From a virus (Duplodnaviria; Caudoviricetes): a stretch of DNA of 64,000 bases. Numbering within the stretch: the stretch's first letter is position 1; every line of letters starts with the position of its first letter. Below, one piece after another: positions 63,122-64,000 of this stretch. A model generated the notes under the pieces. That model ran no database searches and had not been told where the DNA came from. It worked only from the letters and a program-made list of their open reading frames with translations. The DNA is taken from IMG/VR virus record IMGVR_UViG_3300047313_000057, positions 32,001 through 96,000 of that record. One strand, 5' to 3'. A program made the translations under genes and the position numbers.

Positions 63122-64000
63122 TCACCCGATGCGTTCCGCGGCTGCCGGCGGCGGCCGGGTCAGCCGCAACGGCACGTCCCGCTGCCCGGGCGGCGGCGCA
63201 GGCGCATCGCGCGGCGGCAGCGGATAGTCCTTGTGCCGGCGCACCGCGTCCGCCGTGTGCGGCTCCTTCGCGCGTTCCAGCACGGCATCCGGAATGTCGA
63301 ACCCGCCGGCCGGGACCGGCCAGAAGCACATCACCACGGCATCGGCCAAGTTCGGCGACTTGGTGCCGTCCGGCTTCTTGTCGATCAGGAGCTTCATCCG
63401 CGAATTGTGATCCTTGGTCGGCTGAGACAGTTCCTTGACGAGCTTCCACACCAGCGGCAGGTCGGACGGCAGGCTGATGAGGTCGTCCTCGTCGAAGGTG
63501 AAGCTGTCATCGCCCTTGGCCTTGGCCTGCACGGCGCAATGGGTGGCATAGACCCGGCGGCGCAGCTCCCACCATGCCTGGGCCTTGAGGTTGGCGTAGA
63601 AGTCCTCGTTCTTCGGCGATTCCCGGTCATCGGGGATGACCCGGCGCTCCGGGTAAAGCGGCGTCGCGCCGGCGTTCCACGGCACCAGCCTGAGCCCGCG
63701 CGGGCGCAACCCTTCGTCGCCGAGCCGGTTCCACTCGCTCTTGACGTTGGTCCCCATGCCGACGGCGTCATACTGCATGGCCACCGGGCAGATGTCGCGG
63801 CAGGCATCGATCGCCTTGCGGGCCGTCACGCCGGGATCACGGGCGCCCCATTCTTCGAGATAGCGGAGGATGATGCCCTTGCGCTTCGCCAGCGCGTTGG
63901 TGTCGCCGCCCTCGTCGGCGATGTCGAGCGCCGCGCACCAGCGGCCGTCGCCTTTGAGGCCGAGCACGACATGGGCGTCGATGCAGGAGCGCACCCACTC
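63122..64000 (-). CDS. terL: Terminase large subunit, C-terminal nuclease domain (truncated by the window edge)
   Basis: ALD.ADEGGD, YD..G.G, F.NLKAQ.WW.LR, ELSQP, SPNLADA motifs. Confidence 0.9.
   Translation of the reverse strand, partial: EWVRSCIDAHVVLGLKGDGRWCAALDIADEGGDTNALAKRKGIILRYLEEWGARDPGVTARKAIDACRDICPVAMQYDAVGMGTNVKSEWNRLGDEGLRPRGLRLVPWNAGATPLYPERRVIPDDRESPKNEDFYANLKAQAWWELRRRVYATHCAVQAKAKGDDSFTFDEDDLISLPSDLPLVWKLVKELSQPTKDHNSRMKLLIDKKPDGTKSPNLADAVVMCFWPVPAGGFDIPDAVLERAKEPHTADAVRRHKDYPLPPRDAPAPPPGQRDVPLRLTRPPPAAAERIG

Noticed and set aside
1-64000. Diversity-generating retroelement or retron explanation for the duplicated gene ends
   Set aside because: No reverse transcriptase in the window, repeats are short, and mismatches are not confined to adenines.

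Overview
GC-rich tailed-phage (or prophage) virion morphogenesis region, read almost entirely on the minus strand. From right to left: terminase large subunit (partial), DUF1073 portal with a long C-terminal extension ending in a HExxH metallopeptidase, small head-region genes, MuF/gp7 head morphogenesis protein, NUDIX polyprotein fused to a SpeD-like decarboxylase, amidinotransferase, DUF2213 protease/scaffold, cement protein, DUF2184 major capsid, two HNH endonucleases, DUF4054 adaptor, a ~20 kb insert with a rare-sugar biosynthesis/glycosyltransferase cluster, head closure and neck genes, DUF3383 sheath, tube, frameshifted tail chaperone, two paralogous tape-measure genes, baseplate and fibres. 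The layout is that of a contractile-tailed (myovirus-type) phage; no integrase, replication or clear lysis module is in the window. Main findings: (1) a candidate capsid cargo-loading and processing system, based on four unrelated small proteins sharing an N-terminal GR[W/H]GGRxSxx[A/I]G(x)[R/K]D leader, three proteins sharing a KHPRG..GQF motif, and A-x-D sites at head-protein domain boundaries; (2) a probable virion glycosylation pathway inside the structural operon, with a Ser/Thr-rich module grafted onto four structural proteins; (3) repeated insertion of accessory genes at gene junctions, often antisense or bounded by duplicated gene ends; (4) AT-rich patches in the capsid gene next to a free-standing HNH nuclease. 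All family assignments come from motif recognition and gene order; no searches were run.
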